Positions 17,044 through 26,049 are shown, counted from the first letter of the stretch. The stretch: 33,610 bases of DNA from a virus (IMGVR_UViG_3300017747_005338:1-33610), one strand, 5' to 3'. Notes: a model not told the origin generated them from the sequence alone. A program made the numbers and translations.

Positions 17044-17625
17044 ATGATTATTAACGATCAAAAAATATACGACGGATCTTTTATTCACAAGCGTTTTGCG
17101 TACAAATATTTCCGAGACAAAACTTTACCTATTGGTAATATTGTTTCGTTTGTGGCACCGGTTGAAGTTACTTTGAATCTTATTGATTTAGAAGATTCTC
17201 TTGAGAAAGATTATATCTATAGCGAGTCTATGGTAAATTTTTGCTGGGAGATACCTAATTTAGATCCTTTCGGTGCTGTATGTTTTCAACGCCTATTCAA
17301 TACTTCTATTGCTAATATTCTTTATAAGCAAATTAATAAGCCTATTGAAATGAAGGGAGACGATATTATGGTTCATGCTGACCATAATCAAGGCGGGATA
17401 CATCAAACTAAAGGTAAAGCCTCCGTTAGCATTACCTATTCAAAAGATAATGTAGCTATAGGGCATACCGGTGTTAACGTTGTAGCTGGTAAAAAGGCTC
17501 CTGCTTTTGCATTTAGTACTAATCTTACCCCTGACCAGACTGTAAAATTTCAGAATGATGTTATGCATCAGTTCTACAGCATGGTAGATAATATTTTTAT
17601 TGCTACTACCAAAGTTATTGTTTAA
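17044..17625 (+). CDS. DUF366-like protein (lipoate/biotin-ligase, class II aaRS-like fold)
   Basis: YDGSFIH...AY, LIDLED, IYSESMVNF, FQRLF, KGDDIMV, KASVSI, HTGVNV follow the motif series I recall for DUF366; recognised by eye, not searched. Confidence 0.7.
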   Translation: MIINDQKIYDGSFIHKRFAYKYFRDKTLPIGNIVSFVAPVEVTLNLIDLEDSLEKDYIYSESMVNFCWEIPNLDPFGAVCFQRLFNTSIANILYKQINKPIEMKGDDIMVHADHNQGGIHQTKGKASVSITYSKDNVAIGHTGVNVVAGKKAPAFAFSTNLTPDQTVKFQNDVMHQFYSMVDNIFIATTKVIV

Positions 17626-18011
17626 TGTTCGAATACTTAAACAAGATCTTATTTAAGACTAAATCTCCAGATACGGAAAACTTAGACGAAAACTCTGAGT
17701 TTCAGCCGTATCTGGTGCAGCGGTGGTGTAGTATGTATTCTCCTGAAATAACTACCCTTCTTAATCAAACTAGTAATAGACATTGGTCTACCTTACAAGG
17801 TAATGTAGAATGGTTTAATTACCTTAACGGGGTAATACCTAAGACTAGATTTAAACGTATTAATTATATTAAGAAAAAGAAAGACACTGAAAATAAAACT
17901 ACTTTAAAGCAAACTATACAAAAAGTTGCTAATAATCTTGAAATTTCAAGTAGGGAAGTAAGTTGTTATATAGAACAATTTAATTTACAATTACCAAATG
18001 AAAAAAAGTGA
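17625..18011 (+). CDS. Clamp-loader small subunit, T4 gp62-like
   Basis: MFEYLNKI...K...FQPYLVQRWCSM...FNYL...KRINYIKK...VANNLEISSRE resembles the gp62 pattern of T4-like phages. Confidence 0.6.
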   Translation: MFEYLNKILFKTKSPDTENLDENSEFQPYLVQRWCSMYSPEITTLLNQTSNRHWSTLQGNVEWFNYLNGVIPKTRFKRINYIKKKKDTENKTTLKQTIQKVANNLEISSREVSCYIEQFNLQLPNEKK

Positions 18012-18453
18012 AATCGCTTTAGAAAAAGCAACAAAAAATATGAGTAAGTCAGACCGCGACAAAGCGTTTCAGGCTTATGAAGATGTGGGTACTAATTTAA
18101 CCAAAGGTATGGTACGCCTAGAGGACTATACTGGCAGTGACCTTAATTTAGCTAATTGGCGCCTCACAGCCGTATTGGATGATATTTTAATGTGCCAGTT
18201 TGTTGATACAAATGAAGACGGCACTCAAATTATGCGCGGCGGGATATTTGTACCTATTAACGTCACGCAACAAGCTTGGCGGGTAGCAAAGGTCCTTCTA
18301 GCAGGCCCCCGGGCTAAAGTTAAACCTGGTCAGCATGTTATTTTTCCAAGTACGTTCGGTCTAAAGGCTAGCAACATAAATAATCTTAGACATATTGTCT
18401 TCTTAAATGAAGATCGTATTTTTGGTGTTGCTGAGCCTGAAGAAAATAAATGA
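17998..18453 (+). CDS. GroES/gp31-like co-chaperonin
   Basis: AVLDDILMC, mobile-loop RGGIFVP, AKVLLAGP, VKPGQHVIF, FLNEDRIFGV. Confidence 0.75.
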   Translation: MKKSEIALEKATKNMSKSDRDKAFQAYEDVGTNLTKGMVRLEDYTGSDLNLANWRLTAVLDDILMCQFVDTNEDGTQIMRGGIFVPINVTQQAWRVAKVLLAGPRAKVKPGQHVIFPSTFGLKASNINNLRHIVFLNEDRIFGVAEPEENK

Positions 18454-18833
18454 GAGTATCTCAAACAGCTTTAACAGCTTTGCTTAATAAAAACGCCGTA
18501 GAACTTAGATTTCTACGGCGTCGCCCTATTGCTGGCTCTCCGGCCACTCGTAGAATGCTTGCAACTAATGATACAATACTTTTAAACAGTACAGAAGGTA
18601 GAGTTGCATTAAATTTTAAACCTGCTTCAGGAAGACTTAAATTTAACCCTCAACAAAAAGGATTAGTTTTAACCTGGGATATATTTATGCAGGATTATAG
18701 ACTAGTACCTTCAGAATCTGTAGAGGTAGTTAGTGTTATTCCAACTACCCCGCCAGAACAATTCTGGAAATACTTTAGTGAGGTGTTAAGTAAGATGTCT
18801 GCAACTGATAAACAACAGTTTATGGACAAATAA
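18450..18833 (+). CDS. WYL-like/DUF2693-type SH3-fold phage protein
   Basis: VELRFLRR...RRMLATND...TWDIFMQDYRLV resembles the V.F.K.....R.M..T...WD.....WRS pattern. Confidence 0.5.
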   Translation: MRVSQTALTALLNKNAVELRFLRRRPIAGSPATRRMLATNDTILLNSTEGRVALNFKPASGRLKFNPQQKGLVLTWDIFMQDYRLVPSESVEVVSVIPTTPPEQFWKYFSEVLSKMSATDKQQFMDK

Positions 18834-18834
18834 T

Positions 18835-19170
18835 ATGTTCGACAATTTAGATAATGCTATTAAACCTTATTTCCTTAAAGATGTGGTATTTTCTTTAAAA
18901 AATAAACCTTATAAAAAAGGCAAGCTTATTAATTTTCGTTTGTCTGGTTGTTATATAGCTTTTATTGTTAATACCGAAAAAAAGAAAGAGACGTTTGAAA
19001 TTCCGTTTCCTTTTGCTTTAGAAGAAAAAAATAATCAGATAATTTTTGACTATAGACTTGAAACTTTGGCTGAACAAGATTTTGAATTACTAATAAATTT
19101 GAAATCAACCTCTAAAATTAGAAATAGCAAATTTTACAACGCTGTACTTACAATTAACAAATTGAATTAG
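18835..19170 (+). CDS. Hypothetical protein
   Basis: 111-aa ORF in operon context. Confidence 0.65.
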   Translation: MFDNLDNAIKPYFLKDVVFSLKNKPYKKGKLINFRLSGCYIAFIVNTEKKKETFEIPFPFALEEKNNQIIFDYRLETLAEQDFELLINLKSTSKIRNSKFYNAVLTINKLN

Positions 19171-19189
19171 TTGTAAGACACTCTATCAT
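19162..19189 (+). promoter_or_regulatory. Sigma70-type promoter TTGAAT-N16-TATCAT for the helicase gene
   Basis: The -10 box ends 9 nt before ATG 19199. Confidence 0.55.
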
Positions 19190-19198
19190 ATAAGGCTG

Positions 19199-20806
19199 AT
19201 GAAACTTACTAAGCCTTTGATAGAGTATTTTCCTGCTGGCTTTACACCGAGAAGCCACCAAGTACAAGGCCTGGAAAAGATAGAAGCTGCTTTAAGCAAA
19301 GGTACAAAGTTTATCATTGTACAGGCCCCAACAGGCTCAGGTAAATCGTTTATCAGCAAAACTCTTTCAAACACCACTGACCGTTGTCATAAAGATTATG
19401 AAGAGTTGGTTTTTAATTATCATGCATATGATGAAGACTATGCTGGAGCTATAGCAAAGCTACCATCTCACGGTTTGTTTGCTCTTACTACCACTAAAGC
19501 GTTGCAGAATCAGTATAAAGATTTGTTTAACGAATCTTCTGTTTTTAAAGGTAAAAGTAATTATCAATGTGAAGTAGATACTAGTTTTACTACAGAGCAT
19601 GCGCCGTGCTTAATTGCCCCCGCTCAAAAGAAAGAATGCTGGGATCAGCATTGCTGCCCGTATTACGAAGCTCGCAATAGCGCATTAATCGAAAGTTTTA
19701 CGGTACTAAACTATGCTTCGTTCTTTAATCTACCCGACCATCTTAAGAAGCGTCAAATAATTGTAGCAGATGAATGCTCGGAATTAGAAGATGAAATAGT
19801 AAAATATTACTCTGCGGTTATTGATTATAAACGTTTGACTGTTAACGGTATTGAATACGAAAAATTAACCAGCGAAACACCTGCCAAAGCGCTGGGATGG
19901 TTGACTGATCTTGCTGAATCTGTAAAAGAAGTTATTGAGGCTCATAAAGGACGCGCTCGTTACGAAAATAATAAAATAGAACTTATTAAACAACAGTTTA
20001 GAAAAGATCTCTACGATTCAATCATCAATATTATTGATCATTGGGATAAGACCCAATATATAATTGAGAAAGACGCTGAGAAAGCCATTTTTACCCCGCT
20101 TAAAATTGATACTTTGTCTCACTGCTTGTTTGATTACGCAGATGTTATTGTATTAATGAGTGCAACTATAGTAGATAAGAATATCTTTGCAAAAACGCTA
20201 GGTATTAAAGAATTTGAATATGTTGAATTTGATTCAACCTTCGACCCTAAAAAGAGCCCTATCTATTGTCATAGTAAATACCCGCTTAATTATAAAACTC
20301 TAGAGACCCATTTACCTAACGTAGTAGAAATTGCGCATACTATTGCCGAGAGCCATAAAGGAGAAAAAGGCATTATACACACCCACTCTTTTAATATTAC
20401 TCAAGCAGTACAGAAGAGACTGAAAGGTAAGCGCTTTCTGTATAGAGAAGAAGGAACAACAAACGAAACTATCATTAAGGAGCATGGTATCCGTAAAGAT
20501 GATACTGTACTTGTAAGTCCTTCTCTTACTATGGGTCTAGATCTCAAAGGAGATTTAGGTAAATGGCAAGTCATTATAAAGATGCCGTATCCTTCTTTAG
20601 CTAGTAAAAGAATAAAAAAGCTTTTTGAAGTAGATCCAAAATGGTATAAAATGAAAATGTTTATTTCGCTTATTCAAGCCTGTGGGCGGTGTACCCGTAG
20701 TGCTGAAGACGAAAGCATAACCTATATTCTGGATGGAGTCTCGGCTAAAACTATTATAGAAAATAGACATATCTTACCTAAACACTTCTTAGACCGTATA
20801 ATGTAA
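19199..20806 (+). CDS. DinG/XPD/Rad3-family SF2 helicase with putative Fe-S cluster
   Basis: Q-motif PRSHQ, APTGSGKS, Cys cluster (NYQC...APC...EC...CPYY), DECS, MSAT, KMPYP, QACGRCTRS. Confidence 0.85.
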   Translation: MKLTKPLIEYFPAGFTPRSHQVQGLEKIEAALSKGTKFIIVQAPTGSGKSFISKTLSNTTDRCHKDYEELVFNYHAYDEDYAGAIAKLPSHGLFALTTTKALQNQYKDLFNESSVFKGKSNYQCEVDTSFTTEHAPCLIAPAQKKECWDQHCCPYYEARNSALIESFTVLNYASFFNLPDHLKKRQIIVADECSELEDEIVKYYSAVIDYKRLTVNGIEYEKLTSETPAKALGWLTDLAESVKEVIEAHKGRARYENNKIELIKQQFRKDLYDSIINIIDHWDKTQYIIEKDAEKAIFTPLKIDTLSHCLFDYADVIVLMSATIVDKNIFAKTLGIKEFEYVEFDSTFDPKKSPIYCHSKYPLNYKTLETHLPNVVEIAHTIAESHKGEKGIIHTHSFNITQAVQKRLKGKRFLYREEGTTNETIIKEHGIRKDDTVLVSPSLTMGLDLKGDLGKWQVIIKMPYPSLASKRIKKLFEVDPKWYKMKMFISLIQACGRCTRSAEDESITYILDGVSAKTIIENRHILPKHFLDRIM

Positions 20807-20814
20807 GTAATAAT

Positions 20815-21927
20815 GTGCAGAAGTATACATTTCACTGGGAAGTAAAGGATTTATTAACCCAATTTTTACAGGCCTTTGACGGGGCTATCGTAAAACGGTA
20901 TGATAATGCACGTGTAGCGGGTAACAATGTTGCAGTCAGATATGTATATGCACCTAAACAGAGAGTATTGCATGATTTAGTTAATAAAGCACAGCATATT
21001 ACTTTGCCTGCTATTTCTTTTTGGATTACTAGTATAAGTAGAGACCCTACTAGAGTTTTTAATAAACTTGAAGGTCAGTACTGGACTAATACTACTACCT
21101 CGGTTTATAATAAAAGTTCTTCGGATAAAAATTTACAGCCAGTACCAATTAACATAGAAGTTAGTGTTAGCATACTAACTAGATTTCAAACAGATATGGA
21201 TCAAATTCTTAGTAATTTTGTTCCTTATAGTGACCCTTATTTTATTATTTCATGGACAAGAGACGGAATGCCGGGATTAGAAATACGTTCAGAAGTTTTA
21301 TGGGGCGGTAGTCTTAATATGACTTACCCGGTCGAGCAACAGAGCACCCAGCCAACTCGAGTCATTTGCGATACAAACTTTACAATAAAGGGTTGGTTGT
21401 TTAAATACGACGCTAACCCAGTAGGCAGAATATTTAAAATTGATACAAATTTTTACCCGGTATCAGGTACCCCTACTTTACAAAATATAGACTACTTAGT
21501 TAATCCAGAATTGACTGAATCTTTTACTCTTTCAGCATTACCAGTTATAGCATATAGCTCTAATTGGTTTGCGCAAAGATCCTTATCAGGTACTTTAGAA
21601 ATATACGGAGATATGTACTCTCACACTAATAACGTATATCTTAGTGGTAGTTCTGGTATGTTTACGGGTACCACTACGATTAACCCGTTTTCTGCTTCAA
21701 CTAGTTTATCTGCATCCTATCCTGCCTTAACCGGGGTCGCTACTGCATTAGATTATTATGTAGTTAGCGACAATAAAATGATTGTGACTTATCAAGCACC
21801 AAGCGCAACAGGCTTTTTTGATATTATAGTCATAAATGATGCGGGTTACACGAAATTATCAACCGGTTCATATAATCCTAATTTTACTACCCAGTATCCT
21901 TATATATCGGGTATACAAGTTGTTTAA
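20815..21927 (+). CDS. gp15: Tail sheath stabiliser/terminator gp15-like, with C-terminal Ig/IPT-like extension
   Basis: YAPKQR, ITLPAISF, ISRDPTR, PVPINI, DMDQILSNFVPY, FTIKGWLF; TAAGTA 5 nt before the GTG. Confidence 0.8.
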   Translation: MQKYTFHWEVKDLLTQFLQAFDGAIVKRYDNARVAGNNVAVRYVYAPKQRVLHDLVNKAQHITLPAISFWITSISRDPTRVFNKLEGQYWTNTTTSVYNKSSSDKNLQPVPINIEVSVSILTRFQTDMDQILSNFVPYSDPYFIISWTRDGMPGLEIRSEVLWGGSLNMTYPVEQQSTQPTRVICDTNFTIKGWLFKYDANPVGRIFKIDTNFYPVSGTPTLQNIDYLVNPELTESFTLSALPVIAYSSNWFAQRSLSGTLEIYGDMYSHTNNVYLSGSSGMFTGTTTINPFSASTSLSASYPALTGVATALDYYVVSDNKMIVTYQAPSATGFFDIIVINDAGYTKLSTGSYNPNFTTQYPYISGIQVV

Positions 21928-21930
21928 TTT

Positions 21931-22632
21931 ATGGCTTTAATCACAGACGGTTTAGTTAATCAATTAGATGCAAGTGTGCTTTTGCTTTCAGGCTTTAGCG
22001 ATGGCCAATCTTTACTTGATAGTTTTATACCTGATAATATAGATAGTGATGGCTGGTACGGGTCTGCTGGCTATGATATGAAAATAGTTGCTAACGGGCA
22101 GTTTAATAAAGCTGTTATTCGAGCCAATACAGGTAATATTACATTTAAAAACCCTTATAAGTTTTTAAATTACACCGAACTAACTGTATTAATAGCAGCT
22201 AAAAGAACCGGATTGAGTTACACTGGTTCTTGGATGGGTTTATTTAGTACTTGGTATAATTATGCAAAATCTGGATTAACTATACTTTCTGTAACTAACA
22301 ATGCTAATGTAGGTGGTTATTATGGTTGGGGCACCTACGGAGGCATTACTACAACTCAATCTAGTAGTTCTATGCCGCTTGATACACCCGTTGTTGTAGG
22401 TGTTACTGTTTCTCCGAGCACCTCAGGTACATTTTACACCAATGGTTCAAATTCAGGCACATTTTTAAATTCTAAATCTCAAGCTTATTTCGGTATAGGG
22501 GGTCTAGAGTCTGCAGAAGGGTTTTTCGTAGGAGATATATATGAAGTGTTAGCTTACAATAGAGTTTTAACTACTTCTGAAGTGCAAGAAACTTCCCAGT
22601 ATTTAATTAATAAATGGTTTTATCCGTCGTAA
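21931..22632 (+). CDS. LamG/concanavalin-A-like virion protein
   Basis: ITDGLVNQLDAS at the N-terminus and FFVGDIYEVLAYNRVLTTSEV at the C-terminus are typical of LamG-like phage domains. Confidence 0.7.
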   Translation: MALITDGLVNQLDASVLLLSGFSDGQSLLDSFIPDNIDSDGWYGSAGYDMKIVANGQFNKAVIRANTGNITFKNPYKFLNYTELTVLIAAKRTGLSYTGSWMGLFSTWYNYAKSGLTILSVTNNANVGGYYGWGTYGGITTTQSSSSMPLDTPVVVGVTVSPSTSGTFYTNGSNSGTFLNSKSQAYFGIGGLESAEGFFVGDIYEVLAYNRVLTTSEVQETSQYLINKWFYPS

Positions 22633-22715
22633 CAATTTGCCAATATTTTAAACAATAAGAATTGGTAATATAAAAAACCTAGTTTATAATAAGAATGTAA
22701 TTGTAAATATTCTAA

Positions 22716-24548
22716 ATGGCTGACGACGTAAAACCTAATTTCTTTACTAAAGCTTTTGATAGCTTTGTAAGCAAGCTTCCTTATACAAGTAATACACAGG
22801 TTATTACGGATATTAAAAGTCTTAATCCTAAATTTGAAACTTTTTACCAGGTAAGTTCATCTTCTAAAGAAAAGCTTTATAATCAAGCAGTTTCAACTGC
22901 ACACGATAAGAACAATATTAATATACCTACTTTAGACGGTATCGTTATTAACAAATCCTATCATGATTTTCTTTACGCTTTAATTGATACCGATAAACCA
23001 AAAAGACTAGCAGATTATCGTATTATGGCGTCTTATGCAGAAATTAGTGCTGCATTAGATGAAATTTGTGATGAAATGTTAGTAAAAGATGAAAGAGGTA
23101 AATACGCCAATTTAAAAGTTGCAGATAGCAAAGACGAAATCATCGTAAAAGAATTACAGAAAAATTTTAGTCAGATTGTAGAGATGTTCAATCTCGAAAA
23201 TAAAGGTTTTGAGTATTTTCGAGCAATATTGATAGACGCAGAGTTATTTTTTGAAAACGTAATTAACGAAAAGAAAAAAGATGCTGGTGTTATTGGTGTA
23301 GTTCAAATTCCAACTGAACATATTAATCCTATTTACGATAATGTTCAAAACATGTTAATTAAAGGGTTCATGTTACGTAAGCCTGTTATTGACACCTCCA
23401 CCAATAATCGTTATACCGCTAAACAAGAACTTATACCTTTAGACCGTCACCAAGTAACATATTTTCATTCAGGTACTTGGAACGAACACAAAACAATTCG
23501 TCTTCCTTATATAGAAATAGCGCGTAGAGCATATAAACAACTTTCTCTCATTGAAGATAGTATTGTAGTTTATCGTTTAGTAAGAGCGCCAGAGCGTTTA
23601 GTATTTAAAGTAGATGTAGGTAATATGCCTGCACCTAAAGCAGAAGCTTATATTAAACGCTTAATGCAGTCTTACTGGTCCCGTAGAACTTATGATTCTA
23701 CTCAAGGCAATTCTATTAATGTTTACGATCCGCAAAGCATGTTAGATAGTTATTGGTTTGCTAAACGCCCGGACGGTTCTGGTACTGACGTAACCACATT
23801 AGCGGGTGGTCAAAACCTAGGTCAATTAGACGACCTTAACTACTTTGTTAATAAACTTTACAAAGCTCTTAGAGTACCGACAAGCCGTCTTAACCCGGAA
23901 ACTAAATTTGCTGATGGAGCTGAAATTCTTAGAGAAGAACTTAAGTTTGCTAAGCTTATTATTAGATTACAGCGTCAGTTTGCATCTACTATTAAGGAAA
24001 CTTTTATTACCCATTTAAAGTTAAAAGGTCTTTGGGAACAATACAAACTTAGAGAATCTGACGTTAGTATTACCCTCAACCCGCCTTCATATTTCCACGT
24101 AGCAAGAGAAGCTCAAATTGAAGAGCTTAAATTCAAGTCTTTCTCTGATTTAACCGGTACCGAAGCAGTATCAAAGACTTACGCATTAAAGAAGTTCATG
24201 GGTTGGACTGATGAAGAAGTTAAAGCTAATAGAGAATGGCAAAAGAAAGATGCAGCATTTGTATTTGAACTTAACCAAATTACTAATGCCGGTCCAAACT
24301 GGCGCGAAGGTTTAACAGCCGGTGGTGGAGCTGAAGCTGGTGCAGGTGGCGCTCCCGCAGCTGCAGGAGGCGGCGGTGGGGGTGGTATACCTTCATTCGG
24401 TCCTGGCCCGGGCGCCGCGCCTGGCCCTGAAGCTGGTGCTCCTGAAGCTGGCGCGCCTGGTGCACCTGAAGCTGGAGCCCCTGGTGCTGCTCCTGCCGCT
24501 GGTCCACAGCCTGCAGGCGGTCCGGCTAGCGCATTACCAACAACATAA
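22716..24548 (+). CDS. gp20: Portal vertex protein, T4 gp20-like
   Basis: YRIMASYAEISAALDEI, QLSLIEDSIVVYRLVRAPERLVFKVDVGNMP, GTDVTTLAGGQNLG, LYKALRVPTSRL, EILREELKF; TAAATA 6 nt upstream. Confidence 0.95.
   Translation: MADDVKPNFFTKAFDSFVSKLPYTSNTQVITDIKSLNPKFETFYQVSSSSKEKLYNQAVSTAHDKNNINIPTLDGIVINKSYHDFLYALIDTDKPKRLADYRIMASYAEISAALDEICDEMLVKDERGKYANLKVADSKDEIIVKELQKNFSQIVEMFNLENKGFEYFRAILIDAELFFENVINEKKKDAGVIGVVQIPTEHINPIYDNVQNMLIKGFMLRKPVIDTSTNNRYTAKQELIPLDRHQVTYFHSGTWNEHKTIRLPYIEIARRAYKQLSLIEDSIVVYRLVRAPERLVFKVDVGNMPAPKAEAYIKRLMQSYWSRRTYDSTQGNSINVYDPQSMLDSYWFAKRPDGSGTDVTTLAGGQNLGQLDDLNYFVNKLYKALRVPTSRLNPETKFADGAEILREELKFAKLIIRLQRQFASTIKETFITHLKLKGLWEQYKLRESDVSITLNPPSYFHVAREAQIEELKFKSFSDLTGTEAVSKTYALKKFMGWTDEEVKANREWQKKDAAFVFELNQITNAGPNWREGLTAGGGAEAGAGGAPAAAGGGGGGGIPSFGPGPGAAPGPEAGAPEAGAPGAPEAGAPGAAPAAGPQPAGGPASALPTT
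24426..24475 (+). repeat. CCTGAAGCTGG x3 (PEAG repeats) in the low-complexity portal tail
   Basis: Copies at 24426, 24441 and 24465 within the GC-rich Gly/Ala/Pro tail. Confidence 0.8.
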
Positions 24549-24569
24549 TCACCCCATAAAGAACATCGG
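24549..24569 (-). pseudogene. Relic duplicate of the gp13 3' end (CCG ATG TTC TTT ATG GGG TGA = PMFFMG*)
   Basis: 14/21 nt identical to the current gp13 end (CCG GGT TTC TTT TTA GGA TAA = PGFFLG*); its stop abuts the portal stop codon. Confidence 0.7.
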
Positions 24570-24586
24570 TTAGCCTAAGTATTTAT

Positions 24587-25165
24587 ATGTCTATTGGCAT
24601 ATATAAAATTATATTAGGTGAATATTACTATATTGGTTCGTCTAATAATATACAAAGACGTATTACCAAACATCTTCAACATTTACGGAGAGGTACACAT
24701 ATAAATCCGTTTCTACAAAATGTATATAACAAGCATTCGGGTACGTGGAAAGTAAAAGTGTTGGAAGAGACCGTAGAGCAAGATTTACTTGCTATAGAGC
24801 AAAAGTACCTAGATATACACTACGGAAAAGACGGCTGTTTAAACCTAGTTCCAACTGCTAATAAACCGCCTTCAGCTCGTGGTAGAAAACAACCTAAATG
24901 GGTCCGTGAGAAAATATCTGAAGGCAAAAAAGGTTGGGACCCGTCTAAAGAAACCAGACAAAATATGTCTTTTTCGGCCCGTCGTAGACACAAAACTGTT
25001 CCGTTTTATCTAGTCTCTGACGCTATACGGCTCGGTCCTTTTTATACTTTTAAAGAGGTAAAACAAGCAGGTATTATGGATGATAGCTCTGCCTGTGAAC
25101 TTTACAATAATCGAGGTGGACCTACCCGTAAAGGTTATAAACTTGAACGTATTAATTTATCCTAA
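24587..25165 (+). mobile_element. Free-standing GIY-YIG homing endonuclease (Seg-like) with NUMOD3-like DNA-binding region
   Basis: GIYKI...YYIGSS...RRITKH...H.NPFLQ...EQKYLD...LN; REKISE and PSKETRQNMS; own TAAGTA late promoter at 24576-24581. Confidence 0.88.
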
Positions 25166-26035
25166 AAAGAAACCCGGAGGCTCTTGGTCTTCTTGTTTAC
25201 TGTTTATTAACTGTTCTTCTAATTCTTTTTTCTCGGTAATACCTTGAGACATTAAGTCTTGATAAGCAATAGTACCACTACCGAATAATGCAGTACCTTG
25301 GTACTTACCACGAGTATTAGCCAGTGATATCTTAACTAAAGCTTTAGCATATTCGAATACCCAGCGCTCTTTTACTAAATCTTTAATAGGGCGTTCTAAT
25401 TTACATGCAATTATAGCCCAATAGCGGTCCTTCCCGCGCGCAGCAGGATCTGGAGTAATACGCAATACTTGGGTACGAGGATCAAATCTAAAATAAGGCT
25501 GCATAGCAAAGACCTTTTCACGGGTCTTTAACCAGTCTTTTAAAATATGCCACGATATTACGTCAAATGCTTTACTGCCTAACGAATACGCAAAATGCAT
25601 TTGCTGAGCTAATGATTGTTCAATAGTAAATAGAGTATTAACACCTTCATTAGTACCTACCGAAAAAGAAGTAACATCCTGTACTTTTCTCCATACTTCT
25701 AAATCTTGATCCCAACCAGATTGAAAGGTTGAACTTAATGCAGACACTTCTGGATTTAAAGTATTATTTATTAATGTATCAATCTTAATACCTTTACCAT
25801 AGGTGTATAAATTACTATCAAACACTAAAAGTTCTTCTGTACCAGGTACAAAACGCGAATACATTTCGCAAGCATAAGCAATAGAATCATAAGTAGCGAC
25901 GCACGCGACTTCTAAATTAATTAAAGGTGCTCCTAACTGAAAAAATATTCTTTCAGCTAACAAATCATACGATGTTATACGGGAATTTAAATTTGTAGAT
26001 AAAAATGCAGAAGGACCAATGGTATTCGTCGCCAT
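25157..26035 (-). CDS. gp13: Neck protein, T4 gp13-like
   Basis: LGAPLINLEV, WVFEYAKALVK, TRGKYQG...LFGSG, C-terminal PPGFFLG; TAAGTA 8 nt upstream. Confidence 0.85.
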   Translation of the reverse strand: MATNTIGPSAFLSTNLNSRITSYDLLAERIFFQLGAPLINLEVACVATYDSIAYACEMYSRFVPGTEELLVFDSNLYTYGKGIKIDTLINNTLNPEVSALSSTFQSGWDQDLEVWRKVQDVTSFSVGTNEGVNTLFTIEQSLAQQMHFAYSLGSKAFDVISWHILKDWLKTREKVFAMQPYFRFDPRTQVLRITPDPAARGKDRYWAIIACKLERPIKDLVKERWVFEYAKALVKISLANTRGKYQGTALFGSGTIAYQDLMSQGITEKKELEEQLINSKQEDQEPPGFFLG

Positions 26036-26049
26036 ATCTACAATACTTA

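Noticed and set aside
15666-19377. Minus-strand ORFs 15666-15875, 15982-16245 and 19186-19377
   Set aside because: Antisense to a continuous + strand gene run.
24283-24573. ORFs 24283-24507(-) and 24322-24573(+)
   Set aside because: By-products of the stop-poor GC-rich portal tail; no slippery site or start signal noticed.
24549-25165. Group I intron or intein around the GIY-YIG gene
   Set aside because: Both flanking genes are complete and convergent, and there is no room for a ribozyme core. It is a free-standing endonuclease.
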